From Azolla caroliniana (lineage: Eukaryota; Plantae; Polypodiophyta): a stretch of DNA of 64,000 nt. Made by a program: the position numbers and the translations under genes. The stretch's first letter is position 1. Every line of letters starts with the position of its first letter. The notes below the pieces were generated by a model that saw nothing but the letters and a program-made list of their open reading frames with translations, made no database searches and was not told the origin of the DNA. Positions 12,801 to 26,107 of this stretch are shown one piece after another. The DNA is taken from contig JBHGNT010000009.1 in the NCBI GenBank assembly GCA_043228905.1, positions 12,400,001 through 12,464,000 on the forward strand, written 5' to 3'.

Positions 12801-13985
12801 TCCACCCCCACCAAACTGCACGTCCTCTAGTACGTGCCAAGAAGAGAGAGTGTGAGATTTCGGCTACAATGATCAATCAGATTCCTCCACGTCCTCGTGT
12901 ACATAACTCAAGTTGGTGGGTTCCATCCTACTATCTTCATCGTCGAGGGGATTGAGGTGAGGATCCTCGTCTTGTCTTTTCTTGAAAATCTTTACTCTTT
13001 CTCTCGCAATGGGTATGGCCAACCTTGATCCATCTAGCTCCGCAAGGTGGTATGTGGCATTGTCGTTGGCACTTATGACTACATACGGTCCGAACCATCT
13101 TCTTGCAAACTATCTTATTGTGCTGTGTTGATTGTCAAGGTTGTTGTCGTAGACCAATACCCAATCTCCTTCTTCGATCTTCTTCGGACGCAGTCGATAC
13201 ATCTTGTCGAATCGAATTTTGTTCTTCACTCGGGCTGCCTCCATCATCTTTCGTGCTTTTTCTAGATCTTTAGATCTCCTTTCAAGTTGCCTTATCTGTG
13301 CCGCTAATACTTCTTCTCGGCTCATCTCGTTCTCCCATGGTATCGCTACCCATGAGGCGATCGTCCTTTCGATGGGCATTACCGGCTTTTGTCCATACAT
13401 AAGCTCCGTTCGCATATACCCCTGTCACTGAACTATGTGTAGTTCTGTCGGCCCACAAGGCATAGGGCAATAGTCGTGGCCAATTCTCGACTCGACCGTT
13501 GCATGCTCGTACGATGGTTTCACTATTGTTCCATGCCCTTGCTTGATCTTCCCATTCACTTCTGAATTGTAGGGAGTCGTGAGGGAGAGCTTCACGCCTA
13601 GTCGTTCGAAGAGCTCCATTGCTTCACGTGCATCCAACTCCCCTCGATCGGCCACTATCTTTCCCACACATCCATATTGGCAGACAACCTCTTCGAGTAG
13701 AAATTTGCAAACTACTGATGTCGTCTTATTTGTCAAGGCCCGTCCTTCTACTTTATTTGTCAAGTCTTCTCTTGCTAGAGCTAAGTACTTCATTGGTCCC
13801 ACTCCCATTGGCATCGAGACCAGATCCACCATCCATTTGAAGTGTATGGTGAGCGGGTATGTCGATCGTTGCTCATCACGATGACGTATATTCAAATGTA
13901 CTTGGCAAGTTTCGCATGTAGACACAAAATGGAGTGCATCTTTGTACATGCTTGGCCACCAGTACTTCTCCTTCAACTTTTCGAG
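12801..13985 (-). pseudogene. pol: Gypsy D integrase core and GPY/F region, truncated near 13985
   Basis: YWWP..CETCQ, WMVDLV, AREDLTNKVEGRAL, ADRGE, and WFGPY in ORFs 13425-14441 and 13110-13415 and adjacent sequence. Confidence 0.88.
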
Positions 13986-14263
13986 TCGACCAATGCGAGT
14001 ACAATATGTTAAACAGAGCCACTCCCGTAGTCCGCAGGATGGACACACAACGTCAACCGCACCAGGCTGAACAAAGGAGGCAAGAAGACCGACCTCGGTA
14101 TAAGGATTGAAACCCGCGGGAGCACCGGTACAACCGGAATCGCTGGAATCACAACGATTCCGAGGAGGACGACCCAGAGGACGAGGATTATCGTGGACAG
14201 CCGAGTTACGCCAAAGGGGGTCGGCGCTACGAGAATCAACGGTCGACAAACAAACGGGGCGGC

Positions 14264-17200
14264 TTGAATGGCTATCGGGGTAAGCCACAACAATATAGGG
14301 ATCACCGGCGTTACGACGAAAGCTCGGGGGATGAGTGGCACCAGGAACAACGACAGGACCAACAACAGCCACCGCGTACGTTCCGACAAACGAGGCCGGA
14401 CCACGAAGAGCAAGTAGCACCCGGAGAGCGGCACACACCACCTAGAGCCGAGAAGGGAGAATCAAGCATCCATTGTTTTATTTGTCAACAACCCAGACAT
14501 TATGCCACGCAATGCCCAGCACGCAAGGGAAAGGGGCCCGCTGCCAATACGATTACAGCGGAGGTGCAACAAGTCACGACACGCCATCAAACAAAAACGA
14601 CGGATTGCGCAAGAAGAGGTACGCCGACAAGCCCAAGCGTGGGTGGAAAAAGAAAACGCGACCAATACGGAACGTATGCGGCAGGAGTTCGCATGCACAA
14701 TGGAGCGAACAGAGAACGAAATACCGGGTCCGGACCCCATTTGGTAGGTGTTAGCAGGTTGTGAAATAACGTTAACCATGGAAAAACTACTACAAGTAGT
14801 TCCACGTTTCCGCCAGACCATGGAAGCACAGGTGGTGGGCATACCCGGGGCAAGTGTTGCCACAAACCTGACAGACGTCAGCGATGGACCACCGGTGGTG
14901 GATCAACACAACCCGACTATTATAGTAATATTGCCCGGACAGGAAGTTCCTGGATGCGTAATTGACGGCGGCTCAGGCGTCAATGTAATTAGCGCGAAAA
15001 CTTGTGAGCAGTTAGGCATTTCCGAATGGGAGGCGTGTCCATTCTCGCTCCGCATGGCAGATACCAGCTCAGTGCGACCGTTGGGGTTAATTCGCAAAAT
15101 AGGCATCATCGTGGGCGGACACCGCTTCGACATCTCGGCGGTCATCCTCGCTTTGGACGCCCCAGGAGCGTACCCAGTACTTTTGGGCAGACCATGGCTT
15201 CGGACAACAAATATCAAGCAGAGCTGGCAACACGAGTGTATCAATTTTCGGCATGGACGAACCAAGGTTCGCGTACCTACGGAAGGTAGCACGCCACAAC
15301 CTAAAGGTATAACACCGTTATACGCGGAGGACATAAATATGCTGGTTGGGGTGGAGTATGCAGAATTGGAGGCGTATCTCGATGAACACCCTCGGATTAT
15401 TCCACTGTTCGAAATAGATGTCATCGCAACCGCGGCAGAATATGCCACGGCCACTGTTCCCCACGATGAGCCTTACGAACCAAAAGCAGAGTCCATATTG
15501 GAAATCAGTAGAGCACGAGTGGCATTCGAAAGGGAAATGGAGATTTCACGACGAGTCACCGCTTCCGCTCTCAAAGAAGTAAATGTGGGTATGGAATCGG
15601 AGCCCCGGTTCCTCTCCATCGCAAAGGAATTAAGGCCGGACCAGAGAATCACGATGATAGCACTACTCACGGAATATAAAGATGTGTTCGCTTGGGCTCA
15701 CGAGGACATGAAGGGGTTAGATCCCAAGTTCTATCAGCATAAGATCAATTTAGCAACTGACGCGAAACCCATCCAGCAGCGCCGCTACTGCATGAACCCC
15801 AATTACGCGACCTGCGTGAAAGAAGAAATTGACAAGCTCCTGAAGGCGGGGTTCATACGACTAGTTAAACAAGCGACATGGCTAAGCCCGATAGTGGTCG
15901 TCCCAAAGAAAAATGGCAAAATACGGGTATGCGTAGATTACCGAAAATTAAACGTCGTAACCATTACAGATGCATTTCCCTTACCCTTCACCGATAGCGT
16001 GTTGGACGCTGTCGCAGGCCATGAGATGTACAATTTCTTAGATGGCTTCAGTGGCTATAACCAGGTACGCATGCACCCCGAGGACCAGGAGAAGACGGCG
16101 TTTGTCACGGACTGGGGAGTATATGTGGCAGTCATCATGATGTTCGGGCTAAAGACAACGCCGGCAACATTTCAATGAACGATTACGGAGATCTTTGGGG
16201 AATACATTCCGGCGTTCATGCAAGTTTTTCTAGATGACTTTGCAGTATATGGGAAAACAATAGATCATTTTACGCACTTACGACTGTGCCTGGAACGTTG
16301 CCACACCGCACGCTTAAGCCTGAATCCCGCGAAATGTGCCTTCGGCATGACTAGCGGGACTCTCCTAGGCCACATAGTCAGCAAAGAGGGAATAGCAGTC
16401 GACCCAAACAAGATGTCCGCGATTACGCAAGCCAAAACTCCGACAAACGCCAAATCACTTAGCCAGTTTTTAGGACAAATACGGTGGCATAGTCGGATGA
16501 TACGGTACTTGGCGGACTTCGCCACGTCGCTACACGCTGCCGTACATCAGACTCCTTTCCAATGGACTGTAACGGAGGATAAGGCCTATGAGGCACTTAA
16601 GATAATGCTCACACAGGCTCCCGTCGTACAACCACCAATTTGGGCGAAGCCATTCCACGTGTTCGTCGACGCCTTGGACATAGCAATAGGAAGCGCACTA
16701 ATGCAGCTCACCGAACCAAACTGGTACAGGCCAGTATACTACACGAGTTGTAAATTGTCAGCAGCAGAGCGTAACTATTCCACAACAGAGCGGGAGGCGG
16801 TAGGGATGATTTATAACATCAATAAATTCCGAGACTATTTATTAGGAAGGAAATTCACGTTCCACGTGGATCATTCAGCATTATTGTATTTGGTGGAGAA
16901 ACAAGCCCTGATAGGGAAATTGGCACGGTGGATGTTGCTGCTCCAGGAATTCGATTTCGTAATTCAGCACCGACCAGGGACGCAACATGCAATGACGGAT
17001 TTTTTGAGTAGACTTGAGAATGGAGAAATAGTACAGAAAGATGACGACGATTTTCCGGACGCCGACATCCTGCGAGTAGCGACACTTGCGGAAAAAACGG
17101 AATCCACCTTTCCGGACCAATGGCTTATGGCAATGACGTACTTTTTAACTACAGGATTGCCTCCACCACAATTACGCACGGACGAGAAGAAACAACTAGC

Positions 17201-18455
17201 CGTCTGAAGCCGTCACTTCTGCCTCGTCGAAGGTGTTTTATATCACAAAGGAAGTGACGGCATTTGGCGACGTGGGGTCCGTCAGGATGAGAAGGAAGTA
17301 GTTTTACGGGAGGCACACTACGGCATGGCAGGCGGCCATTACGCAGGTGACGTGACAGCCCGGAAAGTATGGCAGGCGGGCTTATGGTGGCCAACAACGC
17401 AGAAGGATGCATCCAATAATTGTAGGAAGTGTGATTTGTGTCAACGAATGGGTCAGCCCGCGGAGGACACAAGGATGCCACACCAGCCCGTATTACTGCT
17501 AGACCCCTTCCAAAAGTGGGGATTGGATTTTGTAGGGCCCTTCACACCAGCGGCGGCCCGTACGGGCAATAAATACATATTGGTAGCAACGGATTACTGC
17601 ACCAAATGGGTAGAAGCAAAGGCACTACGTGAAAATACAACAGTCGTCACAGCCAGATTCCTTTACGAGCACATCTAGTGCCGGTTCGGCTGTCTGATTG
17701 AGCTCATCAATGACCAGGGGAGTCACTTTCTCAATACGGTGGTTCGGGAACTAACACATCATTACGTCGTAGTCCACAAGAAGAGCACGACATATTATCC
17801 GCAGGCGAATGGATTAGCAGAATCCACGAACAAGACATTACAGACCATTTTGAAGAAAACCGTCAATGAAAATAGAACGGACTGGGATACCAAACTACAG
17901 AGTGCGTTATGGGCGTATAGAACTAGTTACAAAACAAGCATACAGTCAACACCGTTCTGACTAGCGTTTGGACTGGAGGTTGTGATGCCGATCGAATTTT
18001 AGGTACCTAGTTTGCGCATTCAGGTACGGAACCGATTATCAGAAACCAAGTCGGAGGAGGTACGGCTCTACCAGCTCCTCGAACTAGGGGAAAAACGCGT
18101 CCATAGCATGGCTGTGTTGGAACAGGAACAATGACGGCGTCAAGCGTTTGTGGATTGACATCGGAATGCAAGGGAAAAGGAGTTCGTCGTGGACCGAGCG
18201 GTGCTAGTTTTTCAAACGCGCATGGGCCATATGCCGGGGAAGTTACGTTTCCGCTGGACTAGCCCATACTGGATAATTGGAGCGGAACAAGGCACGTTCC
18301 AACTAGGAACGCTGGCTGGAGAAGTAGTACGGCAAAAGGTGAATGGGTTTCGGCTCAAACCTTACCTGGGTCCTACGCCACCTAACCCATTCACCGTCAA
18401 ACGGGACAGAGCCGGAGAACGTAAAATGGACAACCCCATTTGTACTATAATGTAA
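14264..18455 (+). pseudogene. gag-pol: Gypsy E gag-pol (knuckle, PR, RT, RH, IN) with several stops
   Basis: CFICQQPRHYATQC; IDGGSGVN; LDGFSGYNQ and FLDD; RNase H VFVDA..YSTTERE; [28 protein letters not shown]. Confidence 0.93.
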
Positions 18456-18776
18456 AAATAGGTTGTAAATAACCGTTACGAAAAAAAAAGAAGAAAAAAA
18501 CAAAAGAAAAAAAGAAAAAAAAGAAGATAGCGACTATTAAAACGACTGCATGCACAAACTCCTAGTTCAAGAACACGCGGCACCACGATGGCTCACCGCC
18601 CAATGAACCCTAAGCCACAAAAAGAAGGAAACAGAACATTTTCTGCACAAAGCAGAAACCCATCTTCTAGCTATCAGCGCTCCCATCGCTCCTCCTCCTC
18701 ACCTTCTTCCCCATCCTATCTCTGAGCTCCAACTCACTACAACTACCCGTCTCCTCTCCACGAACCTACTCTGGCG

Positions 18777-19019
18777 ATGCCGATCTTCATCTCTATTGCC
18801 CTACGCCGATGGCTCGTGGAGAAACGCCTGGATGGTTACATCTGGGTCGCAGAAGCACCTCCGCACCCGGACGCCATGGACATCGCCATGAAGCTTAACA
18901 TCGACACGGTCACCAACTCTTCCATCCGGAAGAAGTTGGACCTATCCTCACTAGGTGAAAGACATTTCGAAATACCTCCTGCAGAGGCGCTGCAACGGTA
19001 TTTTGGGCCATATTCCTCC
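18777..19019 (+). pseudogene. N-terminal part of E's extra ORF, interrupted by G
   Basis: Removing G and one CCTCC copy joins ...YFGPYSS to SAKAYRTKQ... in frame. Confidence 0.75.
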
Positions 19020-19740
19020 TGTTATGTACACATAACGTTGGTGAGGGTAGGTCACTAATATTTACATTAGTGAAGGGTATTTTCACTATTATTAAAAAGG
19101 GGACTAATGATTGGATAGAATGAATGATATGTGCATGCACTATCATGATTTAGACAACCAATGAATAGAGAGCCTTTTAGAAAGGCACATCTATTCAAGG
19201 GGCCTAGGAAAAGGTATAAATATGAGGCTTAGCTACCCTCATAGACATCATCACGTCGGAAGGCTGCTGTCGTAGACACCGGTGGTGCGGGCTAGGCTTT
19301 CGTCTCAACGATCGTGTTTATCTCTTCCAAGGTATTAGTCATCCTAATATCCGGCGGTATGGGACGTCGGTGGTAGGTTGGCTATGTCTAGATCATAGCT
19401 CGGGGGTGGTCGGGTGGAACGGGTTCTTCTATCCAATCTATTTTCTTCCTTTTTACTTGATTTGGTCTATTGATTAGTAATAGACTCTTAACAGTGGTAT
19501 CAGAGCTTTTACTAACAATTTTTTTGTTGTTTTGATGTTTTTTGCGTGTGAGCGAGGGGGATCTAACAAGGCTCGTCATGCTCTTCTCAGGATCAAAACA
19601 ACACTCTAAACCCGGTATTCTTCTTTTTTGATCTCTTCTCTTTTTCTATTATGCGTTCTTTATGGTCGAATCAAATTGGTATTACGTTTTATTCTCTTTC
19701 TTTCTACCTCCTACTACGCTACGATTTTACTTATTATTAT

Positions 19741-20260
19741 GCATTGGGCCGAGCGTGTTTGCACTAATCGCACACGCTCAACTCATGGCCTTTTGCATAT
19801 TGCGATATATATCCCACTCTCTCCTCTCTTGAACTCTTACGATAATAATTATTCTTGTGCATTGGGTCGAGCGTGTTTGCTCTAATCGCACACGCTTATC
19901 TCATGGCCGTTTTGCATATGATGTTGAGTATACCACTCTTCCCCTCTATTGAGCCATCACTTGGCCGATTCTAAGGGATGATGTGGCCTTGACGAGGTGT
20001 ATGTTGCCTACCTATGCCACTCTACTCTCTATTAAGCCATCAATTGGCCGATTCTATGGGATGTTGTGGCCTTGACAAGGTATATGTAGCTTACATATGC
20101 CACTTTCCTTTTTAATTAGCCATCAATTGGCCGATTCTAAGGGATGATGTGGCCTTGACGAGGTATATGTCACTTACCTATGCCACTTTCCTCTTTAATT
20201 AGCCATTACTTGGCCGATTCTAGGGATATGTGGTGGTCTTGAGGAGGTGCATGTCAACTA
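19741..20260 (+). repeat. Tandem repeats in G's 5' leader (about 118 bp x2, then about 85 bp x4)
   Basis: TTGGCCGATTCTA recurs near 19961, 20045, 20127 and 20210; GCATTGGG(C/T)CGAGCGTGTTTGC at about 19741 and 19859. Confidence 0.85.
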
Positions 20261-21249
20261 CCCTAGGGTTTCGTATCTTAGGGCATGTTTGATTCCATAC
20301 ACCTAATTGTTGATTATTCTAATTAAATCTTAATTTCATAAGTATTGTTTCACTTATATGATTTTCTAGTAATTATTATTTACCCGCCCACAATTAACTC
20401 TCCTTTTTCCACTTCCTTTTCATGTATAAAGTATTTACATCGTTTATTTTAATGTAACCTTTACGTGTAGACTATTTTTTTCGTATGGAGTGGCTTGTTG
20501 AACGATTTTTTTTCAACGGGTCATCTAGGTTTAACTCTTATCATCAAGCCTTAGAAAACGAGTAAAACCATATGAGTTCCCTTATTGATGTTTTACTCAT
20601 GGATTTGAGTATTACATCTTTGCGCACAACACCGTCATCACTTGTATCAATTTGTGGCTTATGTCACAATTGTGCAAGTTATAACAATCATATTGGGATG
20701 TATATGTGCATACCTTGCACTTCCCATTTATTTGTGACATTGTTTTCTTCGTAGGTAACACATGGGTTCTTTTTTTTTTTTACCCTTGTTTTCGTCACTA
20801 CTTAACTCTTATGAGTAGTGCCTTATTTTAGCATTTTATCATCACGTTTGCTTATTGCTCGCAAGACTAGAATATTACTTGTGAGTGCACTTGTTTTTTC
20901 ACGTAATACACTTTCTCGACCATATAATACATGATGGGTTGGCATTAATATAAGGCTATCTAGGAAATTTCATTGATGTAAGAACCATGGTTGAGCCTCA
21001 GGGAGCCGCCATGATTACTCAAGATAGAGATCCGAGAAATACATCTTAGCTATGTTTTCCCCCATGGTTTTTAAAACACCATAGTGTTACCATAGTTATC
21101 GGATCTCGAATCACATCTCATATGTCTAGAGGGGTAAAGACATGAGATACTTTCTTGGATAAAGTTCTTTCAATCAAAATTTCAAGCATTCATTTTGCTT
21201 GTGTATTTTCTGAACCTCCTTATTTTATTGCATACCCACAGCGTGCATC

Positions 21250-24200
21250 ATGGAACAAGTTTTGAACGCAGTTGGAATGATCTCTCCAAATGAGACCTCT
21301 CAACCCCAATCCGCATCTCGCACACAAGCTGAGATCACTATTGAGCAATTGCTCACTACTACCTTGAATCAATTGGCCGAAATGAGACAGGCCAATATGG
21401 CATTGGAAAAGAAATTCCAAGAATTAACTATTGAATCACGCCTTTCAAGGGAGATAAGAAAGAAAGAACCGAGGAGGCCATTAGCACTTGGCTTGGTCGT
21501 TGGGAGTCTCACTTTGAGCTTCATCCCAAGCCCGATGCAGTAAAAATTGGTTATGTCGGTCGTGAGTTAGGTGGCCGAGCTGCTGCTTGGTGGCGTGGCC
21601 TAAGGACCGCAAAAAACTTACCCACAACTTGGGAAGGTTTCGTTGATGTTTTTAAGAAACAATTCTTGCAGCCACCTTCTCAAACCGAACAAGCGCAACA
21701 CTTGCTCACATTGTCTAGTAAGCCATTTACCTCTCTCGAGGATTATGTGCATCACGCTCGGACCCAGATCCAAAAATCGGGACTTACGGGTGAGAAATGG
21801 TTTGTCGCTTGTTTTTTGAATGGTATTCCCAATAGGGATTATCATTGGATTGTCCATGACAAGGACCCCACAACTTTCGAGGAAGCCATCAACATTGTGC
21901 TGCGATACCATAGGACTTCCAAGAAAGACCACAATAAACCTGAGTTCGCCAAAACTCCGAATGTCAAGTTCATTGGGAAACGTAAGCAATCCAGTGACAC
22001 TCTTGACCGCGACTCAAAGAAACCGAACCTCTTCTGTGCATATTGCAAGAAGCGGGGCCACACAAAGGATACCTGTCGTCGTCTTGAGAGGAAGTCAATG
22101 AACACCCCTCCTCAAGACAAATCTACGAGTCACACAGGTGAGTCTTTTGATATTGTTGAAGTTCATACCAATCACTTAAGTTTATGTGAATGCACTTTTC
22201 CTTCACATTTACTTGGACCTAATGATTTACTCCGAGCAGTCGGATATATCAATGGAACACAAGCACATTTCTTGTTTGATTCCGGTAGTTCTCACAATTT
22301 TCTTAATGATCACTTTGTGCAGCAAATGGAGCTCCACATAAACGCAAGTGATCATATCTATCAAGTTCACATGGCAAATGGAAACGTTCAATACATCAGT
22401 GGCATTGTTTGTCAACTGCCAATTCAAATAGATACTTATTTGGAGAAGCTTGACTTTCATGTTATGAAATTACAATCCGCAGATGTCATTTTAGGATATC
22501 CTTGGTTTTTTAATAAAAACCCTTCTTTGTCCATTGATTGGGTTAATCACTCAATCACATTTGAACTTAATAATTGTAAACATTTTATTCAATGTTCCAA
22601 ACTTCCTTCTCATTCACTTGTGTCTTCTAAATCTTTAAGTGAGTATTCTAGTTCATTAATTTATTCGTGTGTAATTGATCCTGCGGTTCAATTTTATTAT
22701 TTTAATATTGATGCCACACAATTACCACATTTTGAGCAACGATTACTCGACTCTATTTTAGAGGATTTTCAAGATGTGTTTCCTACTGAATTACCGCTTA
22801 CTTTACCACCTAAACGTAATGTGGACCATCAAATTGAACTCATCCCTGGGGCTGCTCCTGTGAGCATTCCACCTTACCAACTTAGTCGATTAGAAGAGGA
22901 TGAGATCGCTAAACAACTTAAGGAATACTTGAGTATGGGCCACATTAGGTATAGTAAGTCACCTTGGGGTGCGCCAGTTCTATTAGTCAAGAAGAAGGAA
23001 GGTTCGTGGCGAATGTGTATCAATTATCGCCGTTTGAATAAAATGACAATTAAGAATGCATATCCATTACCTCGTGCCGATGATTTGATTGATCGTTTGC
23101 ACGGGGCTCGATATTTTACGAAAATTGACTTACAAACTGGTTATCATCAGATTCGCATCGCCGAGGATGATATTCCTAAAACCGCTTTTCGTACGCGCTA
23201 TGGCCATTATGAGTTTTTAGTCATGCCATTTGGGTTGACTAATGCTCCAGCCACATTCCAACAAGCGATGAATGATGTTTTCCGAGATCAACTCGGTGAT
23301 TTTGTTGTCGTCTTCTTGGATGATATTTTGATATATAGCCGTACCTTGCAAGATCATGTTCAACATGTTCGATTTGTTTTGCGAAAGTTGCGTGACAACT
23401 CTTTCTATGCAAAACATTCAAAATGTGACTTCTTCCAAAAATCTATTGTGTACCTAGGTCATTTAATTACAGAAAATGGCGTTGAAATTGAACCTTCTCG
23501 TATTGAAAAGGTTAAACTTTGGCCCATTCCTCGTAATATTCGTGAACTTAGATCATTCTTAGGGTTTGTTGGATTTTTACGAAAATCAATTCGTAACTAT
23601 TCCAAATTGACTACGCCATTAACTGACCTTTTAAAAGGTCATCCACGTAAGTCTGTCAAACCAATTTCATGGAATGAACAACTTGACAAATCATTTGAGA
23701 CACTCAAGGAGCATGTGTGTCAGGCTCCCACTCTTCTATTACCAGACCCTTCTAAGCCTTTCTCAATTGAAACCGATGCTAGTGATTATGCTATTGGTGC
23801 CGTTCTTTATCAAGGTGGTCACCCTATTGCTTTTGAAAGTAAGAAGCTTGATGCTGCTCAATCTCGGTATTTGGTTCAAGAGAAAGAGTTGTTTGCGGTG
23901 ATACACGCACTTAAAACATGGAGGCACTATCTCTATGGAAATAAATTTGTGGTTACAACAAACCATCAATCATTAAAGTATTTTGTGACTAGCCCGATCT
24001 TGTAGGTCGTAAAGGCCGTTGGGCTGACCTTATGCAAGATTTTGATTTTTCCATACGATATCGCAAGGGTTCTATGAACACCGTTGCTGATGCTCTTAGT
24101 CGCATTAAAGAAGTTAACATGCTTAGCTTCACGGAAATAAAATCTGATCTTTTAGATCACCTTCGAGGGAAATACCTTGATGACAGTTATTTCTCAAAAT

Positions 24201-25621
24201 ACTGGACGAAAGCCGAATCTGGTTTAGATGCCGATACTAGCACCCTACCCTCGAAGGCGACCTTTCACATTACAAACGGTTTGCTCTACCGTAGTGGAAA
24301 GGTCTGTGTTCCAGATTTACCAAATCTTAAACAGAAATTTTTTCATGAATGTCATGATGCACCATCTGCTGGTCATCCTGGAATACAACGCACACTCGTT
24401 CTCATCTCGTGTACTTTTTTCTGGCCTAAGATGCGCTCTGACGTGCATAAATACGTAACTCAATGCTTACAATGTCAGATTAATAAGTCGGAACGACTTA
24501 AAGCTGCTGGTCTTTTACATCCCTTAGATATTCCCAACAATAAATGGGAAAGTATCTCGATGGATTTTTTTGTTAGTTTACCTCGTACACAGAGGGGTCA
24601 TGATGCCATATGGGTTGTCGTTGACAGGCTAACAAAATTAGCTAGATTTATTCCTACAAAAACCACGGTAACCGCTCAACAGTTGGCTTATCAATTTGTT
24701 GATGAGTTATTTCGTTTTTATGGATTACCGATGGATATTGTTAGTGATCGAGATTCCAAGTTTACTAGTGACTTTTGGACTCAGGTCTTTAAGAAACTAG
24801 AAACTACGTTGAGCATGAGTTCCGCAGATCATCCTCAGTCTGATGGACAAACTGAACGAGTTAATCAAATTATTGAGGACATGCTTCGAGCTTATGTAGC
24901 AAAAACCCCTTCTAAGTGGGAGCAATACCTTCCTATCTTAGAATTTGCCTATAATAGCTCTAAACATACATCCACTGGATATAGTCCTTTTATGTTGATG
25001 TATGGTTTTCAGCCACGTGCCCCAGTTGATGTCACGATTCATCGTGATACATTAGACAGTACACGCAATTTTTTGCAAGACATGAACCAAATGTTGCATA
25101 TTGCCAAAGAAAATGTCAAGACAGCTCAAGATCGTGCTCGATTTTATGCTGATCAGGATAGACGTCCTCGTGCATTTACTATTGGTCAAAAAGTTTTTTT
25201 GCGTGTCCCAACTGATTCTACGTCATTATCTACGGGCAAGTGCGCTAAGTTAGCCCCACGATATTGTGGCCCATTTGAAATCCTTAAGCGAGTTGGGTCA
25301 TCTGCTTATCACCTTGCCTTACCTCGTAACGTTGGTATTCATCCTGTTTTTCACGTCAGTCGTCTAAAACCATTTTTAGGCTCTAGTGATAACACCATCA
25401 CAATCCAAGATCTTGTAACATTAGAGGATTTTTCTTACAAACCTCATGTTCCTGAACGAATTCTTGATTCTCGTACTAAACGTTTACGTTCTAAAGAGAT
25501 TCGGCTATTCAAGATCAAATGGATGGATAAACCTATTGATGATGCCACATGGGAACGCGAGCATTCGCTTAAGGCACAATTTCCTCACTTTATATTGCAA
25601 GAGTGCAATCTTTTGAAGTAG
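21250..25621 (+). pseudogene. gag-pol: Chromovirus gag-pol with C-terminal chromodomain; frameshifts near 21440 and 23985
   Basis: CAYCKKRGHTKDTC, FDSGSS, FLDD, ETDAS, GHPG..CLQCQ, GPF, and chromodomain PERILDSR..IKW..DDATWERE. Confidence 0.95.
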
Positions 25622-26107
25622 GGGAGTATGTTATGTACACATAACGTTGGTGAGGGTAGGTCACTAATATTTACATTAGTGAAGGGTATGTTCACTATTA
25701 TTAAAAAGGGGACTAATGATTGGATAGAATGAATGATATGTGCATGCACTATCATGATTTAGACAACCAATGAATAGAGAGCCTTTTAGAAAGGCACATC
25801 TATTCAAGGGGCCTAGGAAAAGGTATAAATATGAGGCTTAGCTACCCTCATAGACATCATCACGTCGGAAGGCTACTGTCGTAGACACCGGTGGTGCGGG
25901 CTAGGCTTTCGTCTCGACGATCGTGTTTATCTCTTCCAAGGTATTAGTCATCCTAATATCCGGCGGTATGGGACGTCGGTGGTAGGTTGGCTATGTCTAG
26001 ATCATAGCTCGGGGGTGGTCGGGTGGAACGGGTTCTTCTATCCAATCTATTTTCTTCCTTTTTACTTGATTTGGTCTATTGATTAGTAATAGACTCTTAA
26101 CACCTCC

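Larger units (their letters stand above)
19020..26102 (+). mobile_element. Complete Gypsy chromovirus G
   Basis: 474-bp LTRs 19020-19493 and 25629-26102 (3 differences seen), TSD CCTCC, PBS-Met 19495-19506, PPT AGGGGAG at about 25620-25626. Confidence 0.97.

Noticed and set aside
13425-14441. 338-aa ORF as a real fusion protein
   Set aside because: It is a chance read-through from antisense E gag into D integrase across a rearrangement junction.
19950-20260. Regularly spaced repeats resembling a CRISPR array (also 61276-61615)
   Set aside because: The intervening sequences are homologous to each other, the context is eukaryotic retroelement, and there are no cas genes.
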